IMG/VR virus record: IMGVR_UViG_3300037042_006844
Span: 239,565-303,564 of that record
Reading direction: 5' to 3' (one strand)
Length of the DNA: 64,000 nt
In this document: in pieces, positions 19,609 to 29,255 of the stretch
Layout of the letters: each line of letters starts with the position of its first letter
Position numbering within the stretch: position 1 is the stretch's first letter
Made by a program: the position numbers and the translations under genes
Notes under the pieces: generated by a model
Databases searched by the model: none
Told to the model about the DNA's origin: nothing
What the model saw: the letters and a program-made list of their open reading frames with translations, nothing else

Positions 19609-20571
19609 ATGGAAATTTGCTTTATCACGCCAAACAATCACTTCGGGCTTTTGCCCCGAACGTTTGATAATTTGCGCACCGAGTTTGCTTGGCAAATAGC
19701 ACTACAAGCAACCCATTACCCAATCCAACACATATTGGATCTTCAAGCATATGGATATGGTCCAGACACATATGATGTCGGCATCATCATTCTGCCAAAA
19801 AAGCTAGAAACCATAAACACAAACGCTCTATTATTGCGAGCGAAACGCGTGTGCAAAAAACTGGCTGTGATGCAGGAAGGTCCGGCGTGGTATTTTCAAG
19901 ATTATGACTGTGCGAACCAGATCAATTATCTAAACTTCCTTGGTGAAATGGATTTCTTGCTGGTTCACAATGCGGCAGATATTCCATATTTCAGAGGCAT
20001 TTTCAAAAAACCCACATTCCATCTACCATCTTTAATGCTCACAGATGGCATTGAAAGTGTTAAACGTGAAGATACGGGAAACGTTATCATTGGAGGAAAT
20101 TTTTGCAGTTGGTATGGTGGCATCGACAGTTATTTCGTGGCTCAAGCATTCAAACAACCAATCTATGCTCCATCGATGGGACGCAAAATCGCCAATGAGG
20201 ATCAATTCCCAAACTTAACGCATCTGCCGTTTCTGTGGTGGAAAGATTGGATGCACCAACTTTCCAAATTTCATGTCGGTGTGCATTTGATGCGAACTCA
20301 TGCCGCCGGAACCTTTGCGCTCAACTGTGCATATTGGGGAATCCCTTGCATTGGTTACAGAGGATTGGACACCCAAGAAACACTTCACCCATTGTTGACG
20401 GTGAATATTGGCGATATAGAAAAAGCCAACGATCTGGCAATAAAATTACGTGACGATAAACACTTTTATAATTTTGCTTCGGAATGCGCCGTAGATAATT
20501 ATACTGTGTATTACAAAGAATCTGTTTGGTTACGATATTGGGAAACAATATATGGACAAATCAAAAACTAA
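19609..20571 (+). CDS. Putative GT-B fold glycosyltransferase
   Basis: AAGTFALNCAYWGIPCIG resembles GT-B C-terminal motif; island context. Confidence 0.6.
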   Translation: MEICFITPNNHFGLLPRTFDNLRTEFAWQIALQATHYPIQHILDLQAYGYGPDTYDVGIIILPKKLETINTNALLLRAKRVCKKLAVMQEGPAWYFQDYDCANQINYLNFLGEMDFLLVHNAADIPYFRGIFKKPTFHLPSLMLTDGIESVKREDTGNVIIGGNFCSWYGGIDSYFVAQAFKQPIYAPSMGRKIANEDQFPNLTHLPFLWWKDWMHQLSKFHVGVHLMRTHAAGTFALNCAYWGIPCIGYRGLDTQETLHPLLTVNIGDIEKANDLAIKLRDDKHFYNFASECAVDNYTVYYKESVWLRYWETIYGQIKN

Positions 20572-21358
20572 AAAAATAGGAATCATCGGATATGGTTATG
20601 TAGGAAAGGCATTTGATGCTTTTTTCAAAACTCATTATGACGTTTGTATTTACGATCCATATCTGCTTATGGGTAGTAAAGAGGAAATTAACACATGCGA
20701 CGTTGCAGTTATTTGCGTCCCAACTCCATCCAATCCAGATGGCAGTTGCAATACGGATTCAGTTGAGGATGCCGTATCTTGGTTGCAAACTCCAATCATA
20801 CTTATTAAATCCACCGTTGAAATTGGAACCACTCGACGGTTGAGCATGAAATACAGTAAAAATGTTGTGTTTAGTCCAGAGTTTGCTGGCGAAAGCAAAT
20901 ATTGGACCCCACAAGGTTTTACTACCGATGTAAAACAGACTCCATTTTTCATTTTCGGCTCCGACAACAAACATCTTGGACACGAACTCGTCAACATTTA
21001 TATGCCCATTACAGGACCGAGTAAAACGTATCGTGTGACAGACAGCATTAGTGCCGAGATTACCAAATACGTTGAAAATACGTATTTCGCCATGAAAGTT
21101 GCATTTGTCAATGAGCTATACGATTTATGTCAACGTAGCGGCACCCATTGGAACGAAGTAAGGGATTTGTGGCTGCTCGATCCACGCACCAACAAAAGCC
21201 ATACAGCCGTATTTTCAAACGAACGTGGTTTTGGTGGAAAGTGTCTACCCAAAGACACTAAAGCTATGGTTGCGTATGGTGATAAAATTGGAATCGATCT
21301 GAGCATTCTTAAAACGGTGCTGACAAGCAATGATAGCATGACAAAGCGAAACGAATAA
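20552..21358 (+). CDS. UDP-glucose/GDP-mannose dehydrogenase family protein (short form)
   Basis: GYGYVG, ICVPTP, IKSTV, SPEF, K..FVNE, GFGGKCLPKD. Confidence 0.9.
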   Translation: MDKSKTKKIGIIGYGYVGKAFDAFFKTHYDVCIYDPYLLMGSKEEINTCDVAVICVPTPSNPDGSCNTDSVEDAVSWLQTPIILIKSTVEIGTTRRLSMKYSKNVVFSPEFAGESKYWTPQGFTTDVKQTPFFIFGSDNKHLGHELVNIYMPITGPSKTYRVTDSISAEITKYVENTYFAMKVAFVNELYDLCQRSGTHWNEVRDLWLLDPRTNKSHTAVFSNERGFGGKCLPKDTKAMVAYGDKIGIDLSILKTVLTSNDSMTKRNE

Positions 21359-21363
21359 TTTAT

Positions 21364-22005
21364 ATGCGCCTCCACATAAACTATTTTGATATTGGACTCT
21401 GGAAAACTGCTCCGGAGATAGACATGATGATAAATAAAGTGCTTATCGATTTCCCAGACATAACTTATTCTGTATATGGTATTGAAGCGCACCCAGAATA
21501 CTGCCAGACAGTCCGGTCGCAGTATGCAAACAACTCGAATGTGAAAATATACAATTTGGCGATTGCGGACTCAAAATCACATGTTAATTTGCATTTAGAA
21601 AAGCAAACGGGTCTGGGTAATTCGATTTTTCAAACTAAAAATAACGTCGATCCAAACACTTATATTAAAATTCCGGCAAACACATTTTCCGGTTGGCTAA
21701 TCGAGAACAATATCTGTCTAGAAAACTCAATCAATATACTCAAAGTCAATATCGAAGGGGCAGAACTATATCTGTGGGAAGACTTCGATAAAAACAATCT
21801 TCGTTGTAAATTTCATATTTTTTGCGGACATCCTTCTCACGACATCTATAAAATAAAAGAGTTGAGTGGCAAAATTAGTGAGTATCATAATTTGATGAAA
21901 AAACTAAACATCCAGCTTGACTATTTCTGTCATACAAACGTAAATTTGTCTGTGACTTCTATGAAACAAACACTTGCCACAAAACTACACAATTTATGCC
22001 TATAA
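21364..22005 (+). CDS. FkbM-like methyltransferase
   Basis: FDIG, GIEAHP, NLAI, LKVNIEGAE. Confidence 0.75.
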   Translation: MRLHINYFDIGLWKTAPEIDMMINKVLIDFPDITYSVYGIEAHPEYCQTVRSQYANNSNVKIYNLAIADSKSHVNLHLEKQTGLGNSIFQTKNNVDPNTYIKIPANTFSGWLIENNICLENSINILKVNIEGAELYLWEDFDKNNLRCKFHIFCGHPSHDIYKIKELSGKISEYHNLMKKLNIQLDYFCHTNVNLSVTSMKQTLATKLHNLCL

Positions 22006-22772
22006 TTGATGAACTACTACAAACTGACAAAAAAATTAAATTCGTGGTGCCTACGCTTTTCCACAGAAAAGACTCCGAAATTGCCTGCATAGAATCGCTA
22101 TGTTCTCAAGCATTGGCGCATAACAAAAAAAATGAAATTCATGTGGTTTGTAATTACGAGAATGACGATTTTGTAAAATGGGAGCCGAGTCGTCCTCAGA
22201 TTCAAAAACACGTTTCCAATTTAATGCATAATATTTCGAAAGCATTAAACATCGTTGCTTCACAAAATAACACGAGCGATTTTGATTATTTTTGTTTTTT
22301 GCACTCAGATATGCTTTTTACAGACCACCATTGGATACAAAAATGTATTGATATTCACAACACAAATAAAAACATTGGTATAATTGGCTCTCGCGGACAC
22401 TCCACTTTCAGTTTGTATCACAAACCAATTACTGATGTGAACATATCCGGTGTGGACAGGCTATATGAAGTTTTATGGTCGGACGGAATAATGTTTTTTG
22501 CAACAAACCTATTTGAGACTATCGGATATTTTGACGAGCAGTATTTTGGTGATTGTGAAAGCCAAGATTTTTGTTATAAAGCATTCGAAAAAGGTTTTAT
22601 CAATCTGTATGTTCCGATTATTTACCTAAACGGAACTCATGGCGTAACTGGATTTGGAGGAAAATCTCCCAAATCAAGCCCATTACTCGATAGTGTCAAA
22701 CAGTCCCAAAATTTGTTTAAGAAGAAGTGGGGACCCATCTCTAACTCTTGGATAAACAAACAAAAACTCTAA
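21996..22772 (+). CDS. Glycosyltransferase family 2-like
   Basis: ALN, FLHSD, IGYFDEQYF..CESQDFC. Confidence 0.75.
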   Translation: MPIIDELLQTDKKIKFVVPTLFHRKDSEIACIESLCSQALAHNKKNEIHVVCNYENDDFVKWEPSRPQIQKHVSNLMHNISKALNIVASQNNTSDFDYFCFLHSDMLFTDHHWIQKCIDIHNTNKNIGIIGSRGHSTFSLYHKPITDVNISGVDRLYEVLWSDGIMFFATNLFETIGYFDEQYFGDCESQDFCYKAFEKGFINLYVPIIYLNGTHGVTGFGGKSPKSSPLLDSVKQSQNLFKKKWGPISNSWINKQKL

Positions 22773-22787
22773 AACTGACCGATATTT

Positions 22788-23366
22788 ATGCCTATAATTG
22801 ACGAGCTTCTACAAACTATTCCCGATAAATTTCAACATCATACAACGACGAGCCATCGATTCAAACGGGACATATTCGAATTTTTCGACCGCGAGGAATT
22901 CAAAAATAAAATCTGTGTCGAATGGGGAAGCAACCTTGGATACACAACGCGAGTGCTGAGTTATTTGTTCAAAGAGGTGACTGGATTCAATAAAGAAAGA
23001 ATCGTGGAAGCAGTCGAATTTAACAAAGATCGTCCAAATATTCGATACTATGCCCAAAATATTTACACAACGGACATACCAATCAACACAGGGGATGTGT
23101 TTTTAGTCGATGCGCTTCACACTTACGATGCTGTGATCGATGATACTATGAGATCACTGACATTCAAATCATCTGGGAAAAAATATTTCATTTACGATGA
23201 TTACGGCGCATATCCAGAAATCAAACAGGCCATTGACGATTTGATTTCGTGTGAAAAAATCAAACTCGTCAAAAAAATCGGACACGCTCCAAACGATCCA
23301 TTTATACGTAAATTGACGGACTATGAGGGTCTGATTTGCGAAGAGGTCGTTTCTACAAATGAATAA
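22788..23366 (+). CDS. Class I SAM methyltransferase
   Basis: VEWGSNLGYTT, LVDALH.Y, IYDDYG. Confidence 0.8.
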   Translation: MPIIDELLQTIPDKFQHHTTTSHRFKRDIFEFFDREEFKNKICVEWGSNLGYTTRVLSYLFKEVTGFNKERIVEAVEFNKDRPNIRYYAQNIYTTDIPINTGDVFLVDALHTYDAVIDDTMRSLTFKSSGKKYFIYDDYGAYPEIKQAIDDLISCEKIKLVKKIGHAPNDPFIRKLTDYEGLICEEVVSTNE

Positions 23367-24120
23367 AAACTGCATAATGATGGTGGCGATTGAGGATGAG
23401 CTATCAAAGCATTCTCACAAAATCTATTTTGAACACACCATAAACGCTTGGCAATATTATTGTAATAAGAACAGCATCGATTTTATTGTGGTTCGGGAAA
23501 AAATGCCAAACGTTAAATACAGCGTTTGGCACAAAGAGTTTGTGTTCGACTATGTTGGGGACAAATATGATAAAATCGGCATTGTTGATTTCGATACAAT
23601 GATTAAATGGGATGCCCCAAACATTTTTGAATTATACGATGATGAGTTTGTTGGTGTATTGGATCAAACATCCATTAACTGGATGAACCTCAGTCAGACT
23701 GCATATCGAAATACATTTCCACAATTCAAAAATATGCATGTTGGATTGAGCGAGCACATTAATGGTGGAGTTCTATTTTTCACCAAAAATCACAAACCGT
23801 TTTTTGAAACACTCAAACAGTTTTATTTTGATAACAAACCAGTTTTGGACAACTGGAATATTCCAAACACAGGAAAAGAACAAACTCTTTTGAATTTCCA
23901 CTTGAAACGAGATGGCATTAAATGCAAATATCTGCCATATGCGTGGAACACTGTTGGTATGATAAAAAAAGGATTGTTGTGGCACAACGATAAACTAAAC
24001 GATCCGATTCCGTTCTTTTTCAAATACACCTATATTTGGCATTTCACTGGGTTTCCAATTGAAGAGCGAGTTCAACTGATCAACCAAATCTGGTCCCAAA
24101 TCCAAGGATACTATCGATGA
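23359..24120 (+). CDS. GT-A fold glycosyltransferase (GT8/GT34-like)
   Basis: VDFD, INGGV, EQT.LN, WHFTG. Confidence 0.8.
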   Translation: MNKNCIMMVAIEDELSKHSHKIYFEHTINAWQYYCNKNSIDFIVVREKMPNVKYSVWHKEFVFDYVGDKYDKIGIVDFDTMIKWDAPNIFELYDDEFVGVLDQTSINWMNLSQTAYRNTFPQFKNMHVGLSEHINGGVLFFTKNHKPFFETLKQFYFDNKPVLDNWNIPNTGKEQTLLNFHLKRDGIKCKYLPYAWNTVGMIKKGLLWHNDKLNDPIPFFFKYTYIWHFTGFPIEERVQLINQIWSQIQGYYR

Positions 24121-24890
24121 AAAACGTCATTTTCATTCCTGCGGTAATTTCAACGCAAGGCGAGAAAAAACTGCGTAGCACTCCACTTCTTAGCAAAATA
24201 TTTGATTACAGCATTCGCAGTTGGAAGCATTTTGCTAAAAACCATAACTGCGAAGTTGTGATTTTGGATCAGCCTTTGATGGATAGCAATATTGCCAGCA
24301 TGGCATGGCAACGTTACTACGTTCTGGATTTATTGGAAAACAGCAATATAGCATACGATCAAGTTTTGATCGTTGATGCCGACACAATCGTGCATCCTGA
24401 ATGTCCCAATTTCTTTGAAATGACAGACGGGTTATATACTGGTGTTCATGACGGTGTGGTATATGAATGGGTGATGCGTAGCGTGGAGTGCTATAGCAAA
24501 GCACTGTTCAATGATTACAAGCTTGATATTTGGAGCTACATCAATGGGGGCTTTCAAATCATAAATACATCTCATAAACCTAATTTGAACAAATTTAAGC
24601 AGTTCTATTTGGATAACCGTGATCTGATATACCAATGTGAAACTCAAATCAAACTTGGAACTGATCAAACTCCCATGAACTTCTTTTTGCAGATGAACCG
24701 CGTTCCGACCAAAATATTGCCATATGAGTTCAACATGATGGGGTTAAATTTATTGGAGGGTCTGACCGATGACCTCCCATTCACAAAATTTGGATGGGTG
24801 TATCACTTTAACGGAATCCCGGATACTACTTATGGAAATAACGTTGAGTTCTGGATGAACAAAACTTATAATAAACTCTATACTGTATGA
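24117..24890 (+). CDS. GT-A fold glycosyltransferase (GT8/GT34-like), paralog of preceding gene
   Basis: VDAD, INGGF, DQT.MN, YHFNG. Confidence 0.8.
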   Translation: MKNVIFIPAVISTQGEKKLRSTPLLSKIFDYSIRSWKHFAKNHNCEVVILDQPLMDSNIASMAWQRYYVLDLLENSNIAYDQVLIVDADTIVHPECPNFFEMTDGLYTGVHDGVVYEWVMRSVECYSKALFNDYKLDIWSYINGGFQIINTSHKPNLNKFKQFYLDNRDLIYQCETQIKLGTDQTPMNFFLQMNRVPTKILPYEFNMMGLNLLEGLTDDLPFTKFGWVYHFNGIPDTTYGNNVEFWMNKTYNKLYTV

Positions 24891-24937
24891 ACCACACACG
24901 ACTCTAAAAAAAGTAGTCGAACTAAAAATACTAAATT

Positions 24938-26140
24938 ATGAATATTAGCCTGGTTATACCTGCAAGAAACAACCTCAAATACCTCAAGTGGTGTTATGAC
25001 GCTATTCGCACCAATCTGAGCCACCGCAACCATGAAATTTGCGTGGCGGATGATGCTAGCACCGATGGCACTTGGGAATGGTGTGAGGCGATGCATAAAC
25101 AAGATCCATATTTCAAAGCCGTCCGCAATGAGGGTCCTGCTCGCAAAGGCATGACTGAGCTTTACAATATTTTGGTAGAGAAGGTCGCCACATGCGAAGT
25201 GGTGATGATTTATCACGCCGACATGTATATCAGTCGCAACGCCGATCTTTTAATAGAAAAGCACCTCAAACCGCAAACAGTTGTGTGTTTGACCAGAGTT
25301 GAACCGCCATTGCACCCAGGAGGTCCAGAAAAAATCGTGATGGATTTTGGCGTGGAACCAGAATCATTCAAAAAAATGGAGTTCGATAAATGGCTGTTGG
25401 AAACAAAAGCAACTCGTAAAGATAAAACCACTGAGGGTGTATTTGCTCCTTGGGCGATCTACAAACAAGACTTCCTTAGCATTGGAGGTCACGACTTATT
25501 GTTTGCTCCCACAAGCAAAGAAGACAGTGATATTTTCAACCGATTCCTTTTGAGTGGATACAAATTCGTTCAGCTATGGGAAGCGTGTGTGTATCATTTG
25601 ACTTGCCGTGGAAGTCGTTTCAATCCAACCATCACATCAATAGGCACCGATAGCACAGAATGGCAAGAGCAGAACGTCAAAAGTGCCAGAAATTTCATTC
25701 GTAAATGGGGTCATTTTGTCAAACACAATGACATGATGAAACCGGTTGTTCCGAACCGTTACAACGTTGGTTTTGTTGTTCTCAATTGCGACGAATATCG
25801 TGTGGCATTACTGGAGCCTTGGTGCGACACGCTATATACAGACGTTCCCTATAGCCGATACATCGCCGCCGAACAAAAGAACACCAAATTCGATCTTGTT
25901 AAAAAGTTGAAAACTTACGAAGAACCAAAAACCAATGACGTTCTGGTTACATTCGACGGCAATAAAGTGACCAACCAAAGCTTTGAATTTTTCAACATGC
26001 TGCAAATGATGTTGGAGGACAGTGGAACGGTTGGTGAACTTGAATACGATATCTTCAAACTTAAAATCAATCGTTTGGTTGATTATAAACAAAGCCTAAT
26101 AAACGTCAATGACGACGACTACAAAAAACGATTGCTATGA
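24938..26140 (+). CDS. Glycosyltransferase family 2
   Basis: ISLVIP, DDASTDGT, HADM, EDSD. Confidence 0.9.
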   Translation: MNISLVIPARNNLKYLKWCYDAIRTNLSHRNHEICVADDASTDGTWEWCEAMHKQDPYFKAVRNEGPARKGMTELYNILVEKVATCEVVMIYHADMYISRNADLLIEKHLKPQTVVCLTRVEPPLHPGGPEKIVMDFGVEPESFKKMEFDKWLLETKATRKDKTTEGVFAPWAIYKQDFLSIGGHDLLFAPTSKEDSDIFNRFLLSGYKFVQLWEACVYHLTCRGSRFNPTITSIGTDSTEWQEQNVKSARNFIRKWGHFVKHNDMMKPVVPNRYNVGFVVLNCDEYRVALLEPWCDTLYTDVPYSRYIAAEQKNTKFDLVKKLKTYEEPKTNDVLVTFDGNKVTNQSFEFFNMLQMMLEDSGTVGELEYDIFKLKINRLVDYKQSLINVNDDDYKKRLL

Positions 26141-26502
26141 ACAACATGTGGTATTTGAATTTTGGGCTTGTATGCTATGTTGCATTTTTCTTGATACTCT
26201 GGTTTAACAGCGACATAGTTGAAACTGTGGCAAAACTGACATGGACCAAGAAACTATTCAGAATCGAAGAGTTCCACACATATAAAATGGAAGTCGATGT
26301 TATGGCTGAATATCCAGATTTTTTGATTGGACAATATCGAGGGTGGATAACGATGCTGTTGTCATGCCCAGTGTGTTTGACATTCTGGTCAACATTGATA
26401 CACACATGCATTTTATGGCCCTGGCAAGCCGCTCTAGTATTGTTTCCCGTCAACTATTGTTTGAGTCTGTCTATTTATTTACTGATACGTAAATTGTTAT
26501 GA
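26137..26502 (+). CDS. Membrane protein with CxxC (DUF1360-like)
   Basis: Hydrophobic segments and LLSCPVCLTFW. Confidence 0.55.
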   Translation: MNNMWYLNFGLVCYVAFFLILWFNSDIVETVAKLTWTKKLFRIEEFHTYKMEVDVMAEYPDFLIGQYRGWITMLLSCPVCLTFWSTLIHTCILWPWQAALVLFPVNYCLSLSIYLLIRKLL

Positions 26503-26780
26503 CCGTTGGAAGCTATCAAGCATTCTATAACATGGTGAAAGATGACCAACCCGCCATTGGAAAGCCTCTTGGCGACTGTCTGCGTTCTTTGTCCGGCATT
26601 TGCGCATGTCGCAAACAGCAAAAAACTCAAAAATCCAACGAGTGTAACCAGCTTTACATTAACTTTGTAAAAACAAGTGGCGAAGCACTCAAAGAATACT
26701 TCGCCACGAAAACTACTGATGCTGAGATTTTATTTAGCCACGACTCGCATCATGAGATACTTAGACTGAAACTTAGGTAA
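26499..26780 (+). CDS. Hypothetical protein
   Basis: 93 aa, ATGA-coupled. Confidence 0.6.
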   Translation: MTVGSYQAFYNMVKDDQPAIGKPLGDCLRSLSGICACRKQQKTQKSNECNQLYINFVKTSGEALKEYFATKTTDAEILFSHDSHHEILRLKLR

Positions 26781-27435
26781 TCACTCCTATTGATTTGAGT
26801 GCTGTTTTTACGTGATCGATGATATACGGAGAGTTTCTCAATGATTCGGCAGTTGGACACTCATCGCTCACATCCACCCATTCAAACGCATAATCTGCTC
26901 TGGCTTTGACTTTTGGATTATTAAACTGTTCATGGTCGTTCGGTGCTGCGTCATATATTTTCACTGGAGTTGCGGTTGTAACGTGACGCTTGCTGGGTGC
27001 TGGACCCAATTTGAAACGAGTTATGTGAATCAATTTCCCCATCATTTTGTTTTGCACCCAGTAACACTCATCCTCTGGATAGCTATCATATCGAATATCT
27101 GTGATGATATCAAAATCAATCTCATTACTAACTGACGCTAGGTAATTAATTCGATCTTCTACTTTTTGGGTCCAATACTTACCATGCGTTAATTTTCGCA
27201 TCATGTCCCCATACGCAACCAATAGTGGACGAATGATATTTTTCTCCTTTGTATTTTCTGTGAATGCGGAGATTAGTGCTTTGTCAAAAATCAAATCTTT
27301 TAGATCACTTTTCAATTCGGTCGCCAATGCGTGTCGAGCAACCCTAAGACCACGTTCTTTGAGAATGTCGGCGGCGACAGTTGCAAACAAATCTTTGCCG
27401 CTTCTTGCAAGACCAGATATACCAATAATTTTCAT
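26773..27435 (-). CDS. Deoxynucleoside monophosphate kinase (T4 gp1-like)
   Basis: MKIIGISGLARSGKD P-loop, ITDIRY; true start 27435 (ORF-track extension is IS DNA). Confidence 0.85.
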   Translation of the reverse strand: MKIIGISGLARSGKDLFATVAADILKERGLRVARHALATELKSDLKDLIFDKALISAFTENTKEKNIIRPLLVAYGDMMRKLTHGKYWTQKVEDRINYLASVSNEIDFDIITDIRYDSYPEDECYWVQNKMMGKLIHITRFKLGPAPSKRHVTTATPVKIYDAAPNDHEQFNNPKVKARADYAFEWVDVSDECPTAESLRNSPYIIDHVKTALKSIGVIT

Positions 27436-27497
27436 ATTTTTGGAGGAAGGAAACCTCTTCGGCTTTAGCCAAGAGGAGGAATTCCGACCATTCAATT

Positions 27498-27527
27498 ATC
27501 TTAGCACAGTCTTCTTGGATTTGTCAA
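27498..27527 (-). promoter_or_regulatory. Outward-facing promoter inside IS copy 2
   Basis: TTGACA-N18-TAAGAT with TG extended -10. Confidence 0.6.
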
Positions 27528-27597
27528 CCACAAAAATAGTTTCTCTGTATGAAAGATTTTTTGTATCTTGGACGTTTTTAAGTGTATTTATATGTAG

Positions 27598-28758
27598 ATG
27601 AGCAAATTGACATACAACACAAAATTGATATTCAAGAGCGACGATGATAAAAATAATATCATTAAAATGCTTGAATCCCAACTGTTTGCATGGAATGAGT
27701 GCTCGAAAATCCAATTTACTCTTCCCAAAAACTCTATCATAGACCTGCATTCTAAGTTCTATTCTAGTTTTAGATTAAAAAATCCTAATATACCCTCCCA
27801 AGTCGTAATATCTGCCGAACAGTCAGTTCTGTCCTCGTTTAGATCGATTAAATCAAATAAGCAGAAGGTAAAAACTCCTCCGATTAAAAAGAATTTGTCA
27901 ATCCGACTTGATAAAAGGACATTCTCTTTTAAGAATGGGAAATTTAGCATAATAAGCCTTGGAAAGCGTATCAAATGTCATCCGCTAATCTTCCCCAAAC
28001 TTAAAGAGTATATGGATAAATATACATTTTGCGATCCACTTCTTTTCGTTCGAAACGGAGAAGTCCACATATCTTTAACATTTAATATTCCAGAAATTAA
28101 ATCTCAAAATAAACTTGCGGTTGGGGTCGATTTGGGGTGCGTTAACTTGGCGGCTACCAGTGAAGGAAGGCTGTATAAGGATAAATCATTTAACTCTAGG
28201 AAACGGCAATTGAGGTATCTTAAATCCGCTCTGAAATCGAAAGGCTCAAAGTCTTCCAGAAGGCATATTAATAAATTACATCATAAAGAACATAATATTA
28301 ATAAAAATTTGTCTCATAATTTAGCAAATAGGATCATTCAAGATACAGATGCCGACACGATTGTTCTTGAAAACCTCAAATCATTAAAAGTCAAAAAGCA
28401 TAAATATCAGAATAAAAATAGAATTTCTCAAATTCCAATTTTTGAATTGAGAAGAATAATTACCTATAAGGCACTCTTAAACGAGAAAACGGTTATTGTA
28501 GTAAATCCATCATACACAAGTCAAATTGACCATAGGACAGGCAAACTAGATGGCAAAAGAATTGGTGGTAGGTATATCGGAAAAGATGGTCAAATACTCC
28601 ATGCGGACGTAAATGCCGCTTGTAATATTGCCATTCGATCCAAACTCCCATGTTCAATAAAAAATTATTATACATGGCAGGCGACAGTCAATTCGCCAAT
28701 CGTATGTAAATCTTCTGGTTCGTCGGAAGTATTACAAGCACCTATCCCTTTAGGGTAG
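27598..28758 (+). CDS. tnpB: TnpB (zinc-finger cysteines absent)
   Basis: GVDLG, IVLENL, YTSQ, HADVNAACNI. Confidence 0.92.
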   Translation: MSKLTYNTKLIFKSDDDKNNIIKMLESQLFAWNECSKIQFTLPKNSIIDLHSKFYSSFRLKNPNIPSQVVISAEQSVLSSFRSIKSNKQKVKTPPIKKNLSIRLDKRTFSFKNGKFSIISLGKRIKCHPLIFPKLKEYMDKYTFCDPLLFVRNGEVHISLTFNIPEIKSQNKLAVGVDLGCVNLAATSEGRLYKDKSFNSRKRQLRYLKSALKSKGSKSSRRHINKLHHKEHNINKNLSHNLANRIIQDTDADTIVLENLKSLKVKKHKYQNKNRISQIPIFELRRIITYKALLNEKTVIVVNPSYTSQIDHRTGKLDGKRIGGRYIGKDGQILHADVNAACNIAIRSKLPCSIKNYYTWQATVNSPIVCKSSGSSEVLQAPIPLG

Positions 28759-28772
28759 GTGTTGTTGACGTG

Positions 28773-29255
28773 TTAACTTTCAAATAATTTTTCAATTTCC
28801 GTTTCTGAATATCCGAATGATGAAACCAAAGAAACCAGTTCAGTGGTTCCGCGTTCAGTCTGAATAAGTAGTTTGTAATAATCGGATGCATCACCACTAC
28901 CTATTTGAAAATTTTTGCATATGCAACTCAATACAGTTGCCTCCACATCTTTGTTGCTTTTTTTGATGTATGGATAGAACCTATAGTCTTTCGGAATACA
29001 TTTGATAAGCAATTGATAAAACTGTTTGTCTGGTAAAACTTCCATGTATTTTGAGATGTAAGAGATTTCCTCGATGATTTTCGAATCCATGCTCAATACA
29101 CGCAGAATCATAAACTTGTTGAAAGTTTTACGTTCAGCTTCCGAAAACGTATCGTAATAATCTGGACTTTGAGCTTGTCGTATGTGTTTTACGTGATCAA
29201 ATAACCCTCTGGTTCTAACTACGTCGTCTTTCGACAGTGTTCCTTTTCGTTTCAT
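28773..29255 (-). CDS. Clamp loader small subunit (T4 gp62-like)
   Basis: FNKFMILRVLSMD...QFYQLL..IPK...YIKK pattern. Confidence 0.65.
   Translation of the reverse strand: MKRKGTLSKDDVVRTRGLFDHVKHIRQAQSPDYYDTFSEAERKTFNKFMILRVLSMDSKIIEEISYISKYMEVLPDKQFYQLLIKCIPKDYRFYPYIKKSNKDVEATVLSCICKNFQIGSGDASDYYKLLIQTERGTTELVSLVSSFGYSETEIEKLFES

Larger units (their letters stand above)
27436..28769 (+). mobile_element. IS200/IS605 tnpB-only family-A element (copy 2), target TCAT
   Basis: TCAT|atttttggaggaagGAAA-cctcttcggctttagccaagagg ... CAAG-cacctatccctttagggtaggtg-ttgtTGAC; empty site on minus strand = TAA-CAC-ATG. Confidence 0.92.

Noticed and set aside
27436-27495. Shared N-terminal extension GRNSSSWLKPKRFPSSKN on dNMP kinase and UvsE in the ORF track
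   Set aside because: It is the IS left end read on the minus strand. Native starts are the ATGs at 27435 and 30974, and the upstream codons lie 5' of the predicted TSS.
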